Positions 1 through 8,318 of a stretch of 11,570 nucleotides of DNA are shown here, piece after piece. The position numbers and the translations under genes are program-made. The stretch is from contig JBHHUC010000063.1 of NCBI GenBank assembly GCA_046861395.1, positions 1 through 11,570 on the forward strand. Reading direction: 5' to 3'. Source of the stretch: Fidelibacterota bacterium (GTDB lineage: Bacteria > Fidelibacterota > Marinisomatia > Marinisomatales > JABMOV01). The notes under the pieces were generated by a model that did not search any database, was not told the origin of the DNA, and saw only the letters and a program-made list of their open reading frames with translations. Positions within the stretch are counted from its first letter, which is position 1, and each line of letters starts with the position of its first letter.

Positions 1-102
1 TAAACATGTTTCATAAACCGATTCTAATAATCCAGGGCCTAATTGCTTGTGAACTTCTATAGCAGCACCAATCACTATTTTAGAGATTTGATTTTCTGTC
101 AT
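1..102 (-). CDS. GxxExxY family protein (PD-(D/E)XK-like putative nuclease), 5' part only; runs off the window
   Basis: Manual translation from ATG at 102 gives [34 protein letters not shown]. This contains the characteristic [17 protein letters not shown] (GxxExxY) motif. Not in the ORF track because it is truncated. Confidence 0.93.
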   Translation of the reverse strand, partial: MTENQISKIVIGAAIEVHKQLGPGLLESVYETCL

Positions 103-112
103 AATTTTTATT

Positions 113-188
113 TAACCGCTAAGGACGCTGAGAAGCGCAAAGGCCTTTTTTTCTTTTTCTCTGCGTCTCATTGCGGTCTCTACGGTTT
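113..188. repeat. Imperfect inverted repeat made of ~9-11 nt tandem units, upstream of the GxxExxY gene
   Basis: Left arm 113-143 reads TAACCGCTAAGG-ACGCTGAGAA-GCGCAAAGG. The reverse complement of the right arm 158-188 reads AAACCGTAGAGA-CCGCAATGAG-ACGCAGAGA. A pyrimidine-only spacer separates them. Confidence 0.7.
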
Positions 189-1362
189 AGCTATTTACCA
201 ATTTTAATGTTTGTAGGGCACGCTTGACCACGGGAGGATCAATCATTTTACTGCCCAGAGCAACGACGCCCAGTCCTTTGGCTTCCGCTTCTTCATAGGC
301 CTGTACAATGCGCCGGGCGTATTCCAGTTCTTCCCGGGTCGGTGCAAACGATTCATGAATGGGACCAATCTGCCGGGGATGGATACAGCCTTTTCCGTCA
401 AAACCCAGGGCTTTGGCCTCGCGCACACTGTCCCGTAGACCCGCTTCGTCCGCCACATCACTGAAGACTGTATCAATGGCCTGAATACCGGCGGCACGGG
501 CAGCATTGACAATCATGCTCCGGGCAAAAAAGGATTCTTTCCCATCCTGGGTACGTCGTACGCCGATATCCGCCGTATAATCTTCCAATCCGATTGCCAG
601 GGCTATATTATTGGGCGATGCGTCGGCAATCACCTGGGCGTTCAGAACACCACGGGCGCTTTCAATAATAGGCATCAGATACACTGGTGTTCGGCGACCG
701 GATTCTTTTACAATGGCCGCTATTTCCTCATCCAGCATCTTGATTTCTTCCCCTGATTCGACTTTGGGTACCAGAATGGTATGAACATTATGGGGTACGA
801 TGTAGGATAAATCTTCCCGGCCCTGTTCACCTTGATTGATACGCACCATGCGCTCAGCTCCCATAAAATCCAGAACGCGCAAGGCGTTACGAACAATGAA
901 CCGGGCATCATTTTTTTCGTCCGGGGCCACCGAATCTTCGAGATCAAGAATAAGGCCGTCAGGTTTATGGATTCCGGCATTCAACATCAATTTTGGTTGA
1001 TTCCCAGGAAGATAAAGACGGCTGCGGCGTAACCGGTCGCGTCGGGTGGCATATTCGGCGTGGGCGGCCATTGCCGGAAGGTATTCGCCAGATAAACGGG
1101 GAAACGCCTTTTCCAGAGTAGCTTCGATCCGGGCCGCTATCACAAAGGGAACGGCACCAAAATCGGCAATGGTCAGATCACCGGTTGTCACATGAAAATA
1201 ATCGCAAATTTCTTTGGCCTGTTCGTGGATCGAGGACCGGAAAAGAACACCGGTTTTACTTTCCGCGGTAATGGTCAGTGTTTCCTCCCCCGGTGTATAT
1301 GTAACACGGAGGTCTGAACGTGGCTTTTCAGTCTTGGGTCCGGATGAAAATGTGTTTGGCAT
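187..1362 (-). CDS. citE: Citrate lyase beta-subunit (CitE, HpcH/HpaI aldolase family) with N-terminal CitD (acyl-carrier gamma chain)-like domain
   Basis: The C-terminal ~285 aa carry CitE motifs RRSRLYLPGN, DLEDSV, VRIN, PKVES, GLEDYTADIG, GFDGKGCIHPRQI and KMIDPPVV. The N-terminal ~85 aa resemble CitD (SD..V, D.GA..FVI.ARIE). AGGA RBS lies upstream of the ATG. Confidence 0.88.
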   Translation of the reverse strand: MPNTFSSGPKTEKPRSDLRVTYTPGEETLTITAESKTGVLFRSSIHEQAKEICDYFHVTTGDLTIADFGAVPFVIAARIEATLEKAFPRLSGEYLPAMAAHAEYATRRDRLRRSRLYLPGNQPKLMLNAGIHKPDGLILDLEDSVAPDEKNDARFIVRNALRVLDFMGAERMVRINQGEQGREDLSYIVPHNVHTILVPKVESGEEIKMLDEEIAAIVKESGRRTPVYLMPIIESARGVLNAQVIADASPNNIALAIGLEDYTADIGVRRTQDGKESFFARSMIVNAARAAGIQAIDTVFSDVADEAGLRDSVREAKALGFDGKGCIHPRQIGPIHESFAPTREELEYARRIVQAYEEAEAKGLGVVALGSKMIDPPVVKRALQTLKLVNS

Positions 1363-1394
1363 ATGGTATTCCTGAGGGCAATATAATGGACAGG

Positions 1395-1423
1395 AATTTA
1401 TTTAATCCACTGTTTACGGGCAA
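1395..1423 (-). promoter_or_regulatory. Putative sigma70 promoter for the citD-citE fusion
   Basis: Minus strand TTGCCC (1423-1418), 17-nt spacer, TAAATT (1400-1395). Confidence 0.55.
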
Positions 1424-1447
1424 GCTGAGTCGGTCTTTTCCCGAAAA

Positions 1448-2122
1448 TTATAATAATCCCAGATCGGCGAAGGAAATGATGCTGTTCCCGGCCACCAGAA
1501 GATGGTCATGAACCACCACATCAATGGTCTTCAGGGCTTGAACAATCCGTTCGGTGATTTTTCGGTCCTCGGCACTGGGCCGGGGATTCCCGCTGGGATG
1601 ATTATGCACCAGAACTACAGCGGCGGCATCATGAAACAATACCGATTTAACTACTTCCCGGGGATAAACCACCGAGGATGTAAGAGTTCCCTCGAACAAG
1701 GTCTCCTGTCCCAATACCTGATTCCTGCCGTTCAAATAGATCATGATAAATGCTTCCCGACTCTTGTCCCGCAGGTGATGAATCAGGTAGCGTTGCACAT
1801 CCTCCGATGATGTAATGAATTCCTGATTCTGAATACGATCGGATAAATACCGGCGGGCAACGGCTTGTGCGATCTTCAGACCGAAAATATTATTTGGTCC
1901 GATACCATTGATCTGCTGCAACTCACGGGGCGATGCTGCCAGTACATTTTGCAGATTACCGAATATTTTTATGGCTTCCTTGGCAGCTGGTTTGCAATCT
2001 TTGCGAGGGGTACCCAGAGTCAACAATAATTCAACGATTTCATAATCCTGGAAACCTTCCAGTCCGCTGGACAGAAATCGTTCCCGCAACCGTTGCCGGT
2101 GCCCGGATGATATATTAGACAT
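1448..2122 (-). CDS. radC: RadC family JAB-domain protein (UPF0758)
   Basis: GHRQRLRERF N-terminus, helix-hairpin-helix segment (GIG), VYPREVVK, and JAB motif HNHPSG..PS.ED..IT followed by DH. AGGAG RBS at 2133-2129. Confidence 0.96.
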   Translation of the reverse strand: MSNISSGHRQRLRERFLSSGLEGFQDYEIVELLLTLGTPRKDCKPAAKEAIKIFGNLQNVLAASPRELQQINGIGPNNIFGLKIAQAVARRYLSDRIQNQEFITSSEDVQRYLIHHLRDKSREAFIMIYLNGRNQVLGQETLFEGTLTSSVVYPREVVKSVLFHDAAAVVLVHNHPSGNPRPSAEDRKITERIVQALKTIDVVVHDHLLVAGNSIISFADLGLL

Positions 2123-2138
2123 ATCGAACTCCTGTTAT

Positions 2139-2163
2139 AGAACAATCGGCCGGTTTCCGGCCG
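2139..2163 (-). terminator. GC-rich hairpin between thyX and radC (weak terminator or mRNA-stabilising stem)
   Basis: Minus strand CGGCCGG-AAA-CCGGCCG (2163-2147) is followed only by a poor U-tract, ATTGTTCT. Confidence 0.4.
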
Positions 2164-2179
2164 GGTTTGCAGGGAAAAA

Positions 2180-3154
2180 TCAGGATAGGTTGAACGTATC
2201 CAGTTTTTCCTTAAACTCAGTCAATTCACGGATATTTCCGGTTTCTATTTCTCCGGAATTCCATTTTAAAATAAAATCATCCAGTGGTTCCCTGCCACCT
2301 GTTTTTTGATAAAGGTCCCATCGTTCATCATCGCTCAATGTTTTCCCTTCACTTCTGGTAGCAACGATGCGGTAAATGACATCTTCCCTTATTTCTTCCA
2401 GAATTTCCGGTGGAAGATTCTGCTGGAATATTTTTTGCTCGGTTCCGGTAAAGCACATGCCATTGATGATATAATCTTCAAATGCTTCATAGGCGAAGGG
2501 AACAATTTTTTTCACAAATTGAGCCATGGCCTGGGCAAAGACTCGGATTTCATACTGAGCGTGGGAATCAATACGCAAATGCAAGAAGTGCAGAATATTG
2601 TGTAAATCGTTTTTCCAGTACCATTCGGTATAAATATTAACCGGAAGAATGGCGCGTGCCAGTTCCCGTGCAATTCCAGCTTCGTTCAATTCCTGATAAA
2701 TGGCGAAACTCCTGTCCGACATTTCATGAAAATAGCGGATAACCTTTTGCTTTAGTGCATCTGGAACATCGCGGGCATCCCGGCCCTGTTTATTGATGGT
2801 ACTTTGAAAGTGAATATCTTTCTCCGCCGGAATATAGAAATCGTTTTGTGCTTCGGAATAACGCAGACTGTATTCATTAATGTTGGCCGTACGGTGCCGG
2901 ACCCATTGACGGGCGACAAATATGGGCATTTTGCAATGAAATTTGAATTCCACCATTTCAAACGGTGTCGTATGCCGATGGCGCATCAGATACCGGATGA
3001 GACCGCGATCCTGGGTGACTTTTTTTGTACCTTTGCCATAACTTACACGGGCGGCCTGAACAATGGCATCATCGCTACCCATGCTGTCAACCAAACGGAT
3101 GAAGCCCTTATCCAGACAAGGGATGGCATCCTTGGGAAGGGAATAATCAGTCAT
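2180..3154 (-). CDS. thyX: FAD-dependent thymidylate synthase ThyX (324 aa)
   Basis: ThyX motif RHRx7SxRY (RHRTANINEYSLRY), plus AARVSY, HTTPFE, ELAR..LP and HAQYEIR. Start moved from 3226 to ATG at 3154 because AAGGAG (3166-3161) precedes it and it overlaps the upstream stop (ATGACTGA). Confidence 0.97.
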   Translation of the reverse strand: MTDYSLPKDAIPCLDKGFIRLVDSMGSDDAIVQAARVSYGKGTKKVTQDRGLIRYLMRHRHTTPFEMVEFKFHCKMPIFVARQWVRHRTANINEYSLRYSEAQNDFYIPAEKDIHFQSTINKQGRDARDVPDALKQKVIRYFHEMSDRSFAIYQELNEAGIARELARAILPVNIYTEWYWKNDLHNILHFLHLRIDSHAQYEIRVFAQAMAQFVKKIVPFAYEAFEDYIINGMCFTGTEQKIFQQNLPPEILEEIREDVIYRIVATRSEGKTLSDDERWDLYQKTGGREPLDDFILKWNSGEIETGNIRELTEFKEKLDTFNLS

Positions 3155-3953
3155 GTTGTACTCCTTGAATAACAGCCAATGTATTGCGTACCGCCGCCGG
3201 ATTCCCACCAACCAATCCCGGTTCAAACAGGGTGGTTCGGTTATTATAGGTCAGTTCCTTCCCCCCGGTGGTAACCAGCGTTCCTCCCGCTTCATTCAGG
3301 ATACAGTGACCGGCGCAGACATCCCATTCGTTTTTCGGTCGCAAGGAAGCAAATATGTCCGCTTTCCCTACTGCCGTTAGTCCCAGCTTATAGGCCACAC
3401 TGCCAACAGCATCCAATCGTTTGAATGAGGCCTGGAAGGGATCCCACAGCCCTCGGCGTGTTTCTGAGCGACTATTCAGGATGACCATATCGCCGGGAAG
3501 AACTTTTTTCGAACAGTGAACTGGTTCCTGATTAAGAAAGGCGCCTCCCCCCCTGGTAGCCGTAAACAATTCCTTTGTCACCGGATTATACAGAACGCCC
3601 AGAACCGGTAGTCCATGTTCCACTAAGGCCACACTGACAACAAAATTGGGTACGCCTTCAATAAATTCCTTGGTACCGTCCAGAGGGTCGACAACCCACA
3701 CTCGTTCCGCTTCGAGACGGGCAGGAGAATCCACCGTTTCTTCCGAAAGCCAGCCATAATCGGGATAGGCCTTTCGCAATGTATTTTTCAGATAATCATC
3801 GGAAGCATGATCGGCGGTGGTCACGGGATTATGGTAACTTTTATCTCTGATCTCATACTGGGATTTATAGTATGTCAGAACCAGACGCCCGGCTTCGATG
3901 GCTGCTTGGACAGCCGTATTTAGTGTTTTTTCCATTGCTGAAATTACTGGCAC
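3147..3953 (-). CDS. cysQ: Inositol monophosphatase family protein, probable 3'(2'),5'-bisphosphate nucleotidase CysQ
   Basis: Motifs PVTTAD, LSEE, WVVDPLDGTKEF, GS.A.K and EWDVCAG. The start is either GTG at 3953 or ATG at 3935. Confidence 0.85.
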   Translation of the reverse strand: MPVISAMEKTLNTAVQAAIEAGRLVLTYYKSQYEIRDKSYHNPVTTADHASDDYLKNTLRKAYPDYGWLSEETVDSPARLEAERVWVVDPLDGTKEFIEGVPNFVVSVALVEHGLPVLGVLYNPVTKELFTATRGGGAFLNQEPVHCSKKVLPGDMVILNSRSETRRGLWDPFQASFKRLDAVGSVAYKLGLTAVGKADIFASLRPKNEWDVCAGHCILNEAGGTLVTTGGKELTYNNRTTLFEPGLVGGNPAAVRNTLAVIQGVQHD

Positions 3954-3962
3954 ACGATATTT

Positions 3963-3992
3963 ATAATACCAATTTCGTTTTATTTTTTACAA
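3963..3992 (-). promoter_or_regulatory. Putative internal promoter with extended -10 for cysQ-thyX
   Basis: Minus strand TTGTAA (3992-3987), 18-nt spacer ending in TGG, then TATTAT (3968-3963), giving TGnTATTAT. Confidence 0.5.
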
Positions 3993-4579
3993 AAGATAAT
4001 CAATTTCTCCCTGTGTTTGCGGGACGGGATTGAATCGGGAGGAAATTCCTCCCGTTCAATGGTCCAATGTGCCGCAAACAAGGCATACACTTCCGATAAC
4101 GATGTCCCCCACGGCGGACCACCGTCTTCCGGGACCTTATCCAAGGGGAACCATAATCCGATCAAACGGCCCCCTGGTTTAAGGATACGTCGAATAGCGA
4201 CCTCATATTCACCCCGGCGGATGGGATCAATGGCACAAAAACAGGTTTGTTCCACCACATAATCAAAATATCCTGTCATCGTTTCCGGTAAGGCAAAAAT
4301 GTCCAAACAAGCCGTAGTGACGGTTAATCTTTTTCCCTGCGCCGCTTGTTCCAGTTCCTGCAACGCCGAGGCAGAAAAATCCACACCGGTCACGGAAAAT
4401 CCGGCCTGGGCGAAGGTGAGGGCATCATGGCCCCGTCCGCAACCGATCAGACAGAGTTTTCCCGGCGGATACTCCCGGGCGATCCGCTGAAAGACAGGAA
4501 CGGGTTGACCTGTATCCCACGGGGTTGTTCCTACACGATATTTTTCTTCCCAAAAGGCAGGCGAACTTTCTTTATTCAA
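3980..4579 (-). CDS. Class I SAM-dependent methyltransferase, TPMT / thiol-halide methyltransferase-like
   Basis: FWEEKY..G.TPWD.G N-terminus, motif I IGCGRGHDA, VTGVDFS, EQTCFCAIDP, LKPGG and GGPPWG, all typical of TPMT-family proteins. The TTG start overlaps the metH stop (TTGAATAA). Confidence 0.9.
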   Translation of the reverse strand: MNKESSPAFWEEKYRVGTTPWDTGQPVPVFQRIAREYPPGKLCLIGCGRGHDALTFAQAGFSVTGVDFSASALQELEQAAQGKRLTVTTACLDIFALPETMTGYFDYVVEQTCFCAIDPIRRGEYEVAIRRILKPGGRLIGLWFPLDKVPEDGGPPWGTSLSEVYALFAAHWTIEREEFPPDSIPSRKHREKLIIFCKK

Positions 4580-7500
4580 GGAGAAATCCTATCCATTTTC
4601 TAGCCTCCGCTTCAGACCAGTCATTGCGTCGGGCGTAATCAAGGAATTGATCTTCGCCGATGCGGTTAATAGCAAAATAGCGGGCATCAGGATGGGCAAA
4701 ATACCAACCGGCGACAGAGGCCGGCGGATCCATGGCGCCATTTTCCGTTAGCTGTGTTCCCAGAGAAGAAGCAGCATTGAGCAGATCAAAAATAATGAAT
4801 TTTTGTGAATGATCGGGACAGGCTGGATAACCAGGAGCCGGACGGATGCCCCGGTATTTCTCCCCGATAAGGTCCGCGTTAGACAGATTTTCGTCCCGGT
4901 CGTACCCCCAATATGTCGTGCGTACACGTTGATGAATATATTCTGCCGTGGCTTCGGCCAGACGATCGGCAACGGCCGTTCTGACGATATCATCGTAATC
5001 GTCATTGGTTTTTTCCTGACCCAATACCGATACGACAAAGGCACCAATCCAATCCTGTTTCCCGCTGGACCGCGGTGCGATATAATCACTCAGAGAATAA
5101 TTCGGCTGGTCTTTTCCTTTTTTGATCTGTTGCCGCAGGAAGGGGACACGGATATTGTCCTGAATGATGACATCATCCCCCTCCGACCGGCAGGAGAAAA
5201 GGCCGAACACAGCCCGGATTGCCAGGTGATCATTCTTTTCCAGATAGTGCCGGGCATCCTGATAAAGCGTTCTGGCCTGATCGCCGTAATCGGGGTGATC
5301 CAGAATGGTGGGAAACGTTCCTTTCAGTTCCCAGGCATGAAAAAACGGACTCCAGTCAATGTAGGGAATAACCGTGTTGCAGGAAATGTCCTCAAATACA
5401 TGCACGCCGGGTTTCAGCGGAATCGACGGCGTATAGTTTGACCAGTCCAGGGGCACCCTGTTGTGCTGTGCTTCGGTCAACGATAATTTCACCGGGCGGG
5501 GTGACCGATGCTGCAATGCTTCCAATTCCGTTCGGATGCTTTTCGTGTATTCGGTATAATGGTTGATCAATGAATTCACCACCGATACCCCCCGGGAAGC
5601 ATCTTTGACATGAACGATCGGCCCGGAATAGCGGGGAAGTATTTTTAAGGCCGTATGTTTGGCCGAGGTTGTGGCACCGCCAATGAGCAACGGAATTTTC
5701 AATCCGGACATTTCCATCTCATGGGCCACAATTTCCATTTCATGCAGGGATGGTGTGATCAGCCCGCTCAATCCAATGATATCCACCTCATTTTCCACGG
5801 CGGCCGCGATGATTTCCGGTGCCGGCACCATCACACCCAAATCTATGATGGCATGGCCGTTACAACCCAGCACCACCGATACAATATTTTTCCCGATATC
5901 ATGCACATCTCCCTTGACCGTGGCCAGAAGGATTTTCTCCTGCTTCCGGGCGGTATCCGACAGAGACGACGCTTCAATGTAGGGCGTCAGAATGGCGACG
6001 GCCTTTTTCATGACTCTGGCACTTTTCACCACCTGGGGAAGAAACATTTTTCCATCGCCGAATAATCGTCCCACTTCATTCATGCCGGTCATGAGCGGTC
6101 CCTGAATAATATCTACCGGATTTTCATAGACGGTAAGTGCTTCATCAATATCAACCTGGACATAGTCGGCTGTACCGGTGACCAGGGCCCGCGCCAGGCG
6201 TTCATCCAATGGTAAATCACGCCAGCCTACTGTCGATGCCTCCGTTTCACATGTTGATTGATATGTTTCGGCCAGTTCTATTAGACGTTGACTGGCTTCC
6301 GGTGAGCGACAAAATATCGTATCTTCAATAATCGCACGTACGTCCGGATCCAATTCCTGGTAAATCGCCAGTTGTCCGGCATTAACGATTCCCATATCCA
6401 TACCGGCTTTTATAGCATGGTACAGGAATACCGAGTGCATGGCTTCCCGAATTGCATTATTTCCGCGAAAGGAAAAGGACATATTGCTCACCCCGCCACT
6501 GATGAGGCAATGGGGGAATCGTTTTTTCAGCTCACGGCATGCTTCGATGTAATATTGAGCATAATGATCATGCTCCCCCATACCAGTTGCGATGGCAAAG
6601 ACATTGGGATCGAAAATAATATCTTCCAGGGCAAACCCGGCTTTTTCGGTCAATAATGCAAAGGAACGGGATAGTATTTCGATTTTACGCTGCAATGTTT
6701 CGGCCTGTCCCTTTTCATCGAAAGCCATCACCAGGACGGCCCCGCCGTATTGCCGGACTTTCCGGGCCCGCTCCACCAGGATTTCCTCACCGTCCTTCAG
6801 ACTGAGGGAGTTCACGATCGACCGTCCCTGGATGTTTTTCAATCCGGCTTCCAGGACCTCCCAATTGGAGGAATCGATCATGATGGGTACGCGACTTATT
6901 TCAGGGTCGGAGGCGACCCAGCGTAAAAAATGTTCCATGATTTTGGGTCCGTCCAGCAGTCCGTCATCCACATTAATATCGATCATTTGGGCACCACCCT
7001 GGATCTGTTGCCGGGCCACGCTAAGTGCTTCCTCGAATTTTTCCTCTCGTATCAGGCGGCGGAAACGGGCTGAGCCGGCCATGTTGGTCCGTTCCCCCAC
7101 ATTTATAAATAAGGAATCCTCGGTAACCGTCAATGCTTCCAGACCACTGAACTGGGACTGAGGTTTTTTTATCGGCTTTTTCCGAGGCGGACAGACACGC
7201 ACACGATCGGCAATTGCCATGATATGAGCCGGTGTCGTGCCGCAACAACCACCGACAATATTGACCAGTCCCCGATCGGCAAACTGGCCAATCAGACGGG
7301 ACATGGAGGCCGGCGTATCATCATATTCCCCCAGTTCATTGGGTAGTCCGGCATTGGGATGGATACTGGTACCGCAGGTTGCCAGTTCCGCCAGCTCTTC
7401 CAGATGAGGGCGTAATTCTTTCGCACCAAAAGCACAGTTTAAACCGACACTGAGTAAGGGAGTATGCTTGATTGAAATCCAAAATGCTTCCAGCGTCTGA

Positions 7501-8147
7501 CCGGATAATGTTCTTCCGCTTTTATCGGTAATAGTAACGGATACCATAATGGGGACGGTTTTTTTCTGTTTCGCAAAAACATTCTGAATCGCCCATAGCG
7601 CGGCTTTGGCATTCAATGTATCGAATATCGTTTCTACCATGATGGTATCCACGCCACCGGCCAGCAAACCTTCAATCTGTTCGGCATAGGCAATGACCAA
7701 GTCATCGAAACTCACATTCCGGTGGGCCGGATTTGATACATCGGGCGATAAGGATGTTGTTTGGTTTGTCGGTCCCAAGATACCACAGACAAAGCGCGGT
7801 TTTTCAGGGGTGGACATCTCATCGGCCACCTGCCGGGCCAGGCGGGCGGAAGCTTCATTCAATTTTCGGCAAAGGTCCGCGACACCATAATCGGCCTGGG
7901 AAATCCGGTTGGCAGAAAAGGTATTTGTTTCTATGATATCGGCCCCGGCCTCCAGATAGCGACGGTGTATGGACGAAATTACGTCGGGACGTGTCAGCGA
8001 TAGTATATCATGGTTCCCCGCCAGCGACTGACTATGTTTACGGAATATTTTTCCGTGATAATCATCAGCCGTTAGTTGAAAGGACTGAATCATGGTGCCC
8101 ATGGCACCATCCAGGACAAGGATTCTATGCTCTAACTGTTCAATCAT
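4572..8147 (-). CDS. metH: Cobalamin-dependent methionine synthase
   Basis: Homocysteine domain (LDGAMGT, GLNC, GGCCGTT), pterin domain (GERTN, DSS, GGVSN.SFSFRG), cap ([14 protein letters not shown]), B12-binding GDVHDIGKN and SGLITPSL, and activation domain ([20 protein letters not shown]). Confidence 0.99.
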   Translation of the reverse strand: MIEQLEHRILVLDGAMGTMIQSFQLTADDYHGKIFRKHSQSLAGNHDILSLTRPDVISSIHRRYLEAGADIIETNTFSANRISQADYGVADLCRKLNEASARLARQVADEMSTPEKPRFVCGILGPTNQTTSLSPDVSNPAHRNVSFDDLVIAYAEQIEGLLAGGVDTIMVETIFDTLNAKAALWAIQNVFAKQKKTVPIMVSVTITDKSGRTLSGQTLEAFWISIKHTPLLSVGLNCAFGAKELRPHLEELAELATCGTSIHPNAGLPNELGEYDDTPASMSRLIGQFADRGLVNIVGGCCGTTPAHIMAIADRVRVCPPRKKPIKKPQSQFSGLEALTVTEDSLFINVGERTNMAGSARFRRLIREEKFEEALSVARQQIQGGAQMIDINVDDGLLDGPKIMEHFLRWVASDPEISRVPIMIDSSNWEVLEAGLKNIQGRSIVNSLSLKDGEEILVERARKVRQYGGAVLVMAFDEKGQAETLQRKIEILSRSFALLTEKAGFALEDIIFDPNVFAIATGMGEHDHYAQYYIEACRELKKRFPHCLISGGVSNMSFSFRGNNAIREAMHSVFLYHAIKAGMDMGIVNAGQLAIYQELDPDVRAIIEDTIFCRSPEASQRLIELAETYQSTCETEASTVGWRDLPLDERLARALVTGTADYVQVDIDEALTVYENPVDIIQGPLMTGMNEVGRLFGDGKMFLPQVVKSARVMKKAVAILTPYIEASSLSDTARKQEKILLATVKGDVHDIGKNIVSVVLGCNGHAIIDLGVMVPAPEIIAAAVENEVDIIGLSGLITPSLHEMEIVAHEMEMSGLKIPLLIGGATTSAKHTALKILPRYSGPIVHVKDASRGVSVVNSLINHYTEYTKSIRTELEALQHRSPRPVKLSLTEAQHNRVPLDWSNYTPSIPLKPGVHVFEDISCNTVIPYIDWSPFFHAWELKGTFPTILDHPDYGDQARTLYQDARHYLEKNDHLAIRAVFGLFSCRSEGDDVIIQDNIRVPFLRQQIKKGKDQPNYSLSDYIAPRSSGKQDWIGAFVVSVLGQEKTNDDYDDIVRTAVADRLAEATAEYIHQRVRTTYWGYDRDENLSNADLIGEKYRGIRPAPGYPACPDHSQKFIIFDLLNAASSLGTQLTENGAMDPPASVAGWYFAHPDARYFAINRIGEDQFLDYARRNDWSEAEARKWIGFLLE

Positions 8148-8160
8148 AACCTTCTCATAA

Positions 8161-8184
8161 TAAAAAAGCCGGCGCTAAACCGGC
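8161..8184 (-). terminator. Intrinsic terminator in the metH leader (riboswitch expression platform)
   Basis: Minus strand GCCGGT-TTAGC-GCCGGC followed by TTTTTTATT. The T6 run ends 14 nt before the metH ATG. Confidence 0.8.
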
Positions 8185-8187
8185 ATC

Positions 8188-8240
8188 CGGCCTTTTTAGC
8201 ACTTGTTTACGGTCGCGGCAATATGGCGCAAATCACGACA
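8188..8240 (-). ncRNA. SAM-II riboswitch aptamer (SAM_alpha-like)
   Basis: Minus strand TGTCGTGATTTGCGCCATATTGCCGCGACCGTAAACAAGTGCTAAAAAGGCCG shows the SAM-II hallmarks GTGATTTG, TTGC, TAAACAA and GCTAAA...GG. P1 is GTCG/CGAC, and the pseudoknot pairings are TTGC/GCTAA and GCC/GGC. It lies directly upstream of a methionine synthesis gene. Confidence 0.88.
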
Positions 8241-8244
8241 AGTA

Positions 8245-8273
8245 AGTTTATCGGTTTTTTCCCTTTGGGACAA
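8245..8273 (-). promoter_or_regulatory. sigma70-type promoter of the riboswitch-metH transcript
   Basis: TTGTCC (8273-8268), 17-nt spacer, TAAACT (8250-8245). The predicted +1 at ~8239 coincides with the first base of aptamer stem P1. Confidence 0.7.
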
Positions 8274-8318
8274 GAATAATTCACGATGATTCCTGAGCCG
8301 TTTATATAAATATTTGTT

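Noticed and set aside
113..188. CRISPR array or plain intrinsic terminator
   Set aside because: The units are ~10 nt with no spacers, pairing between arms is imperfect, and no U-tract follows the stem on the coding (minus) strand.
1448..2122. radC as a marker of a mobile element or anti-restriction cargo
   Set aside because: It is the full-length form with the N-terminal HhH region, sits among housekeeping genes, and has no integrase or transposase nearby.
3155..3226. 24-aa N-terminal extension of ThyX in the ORF track
   Set aside because: It overlaps cysQ, and a strong AAGGAG RBS supports ATG at 3154.
4748..8003. Multiple 65-210 aa ORFs overlapping metH (e.g. 4809-5441, 5655-6065, 6592-7161)
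   Set aside because: They lie antisense or off-frame within a highly conserved gene and show no recognisable motifs.
8148..8300. Cobalamin or SAM-I riboswitch upstream of metH
   Set aside because: The leader is too short (~90 nt) and has no B12-box or S-box consensus. The motifs fit SAM-II.
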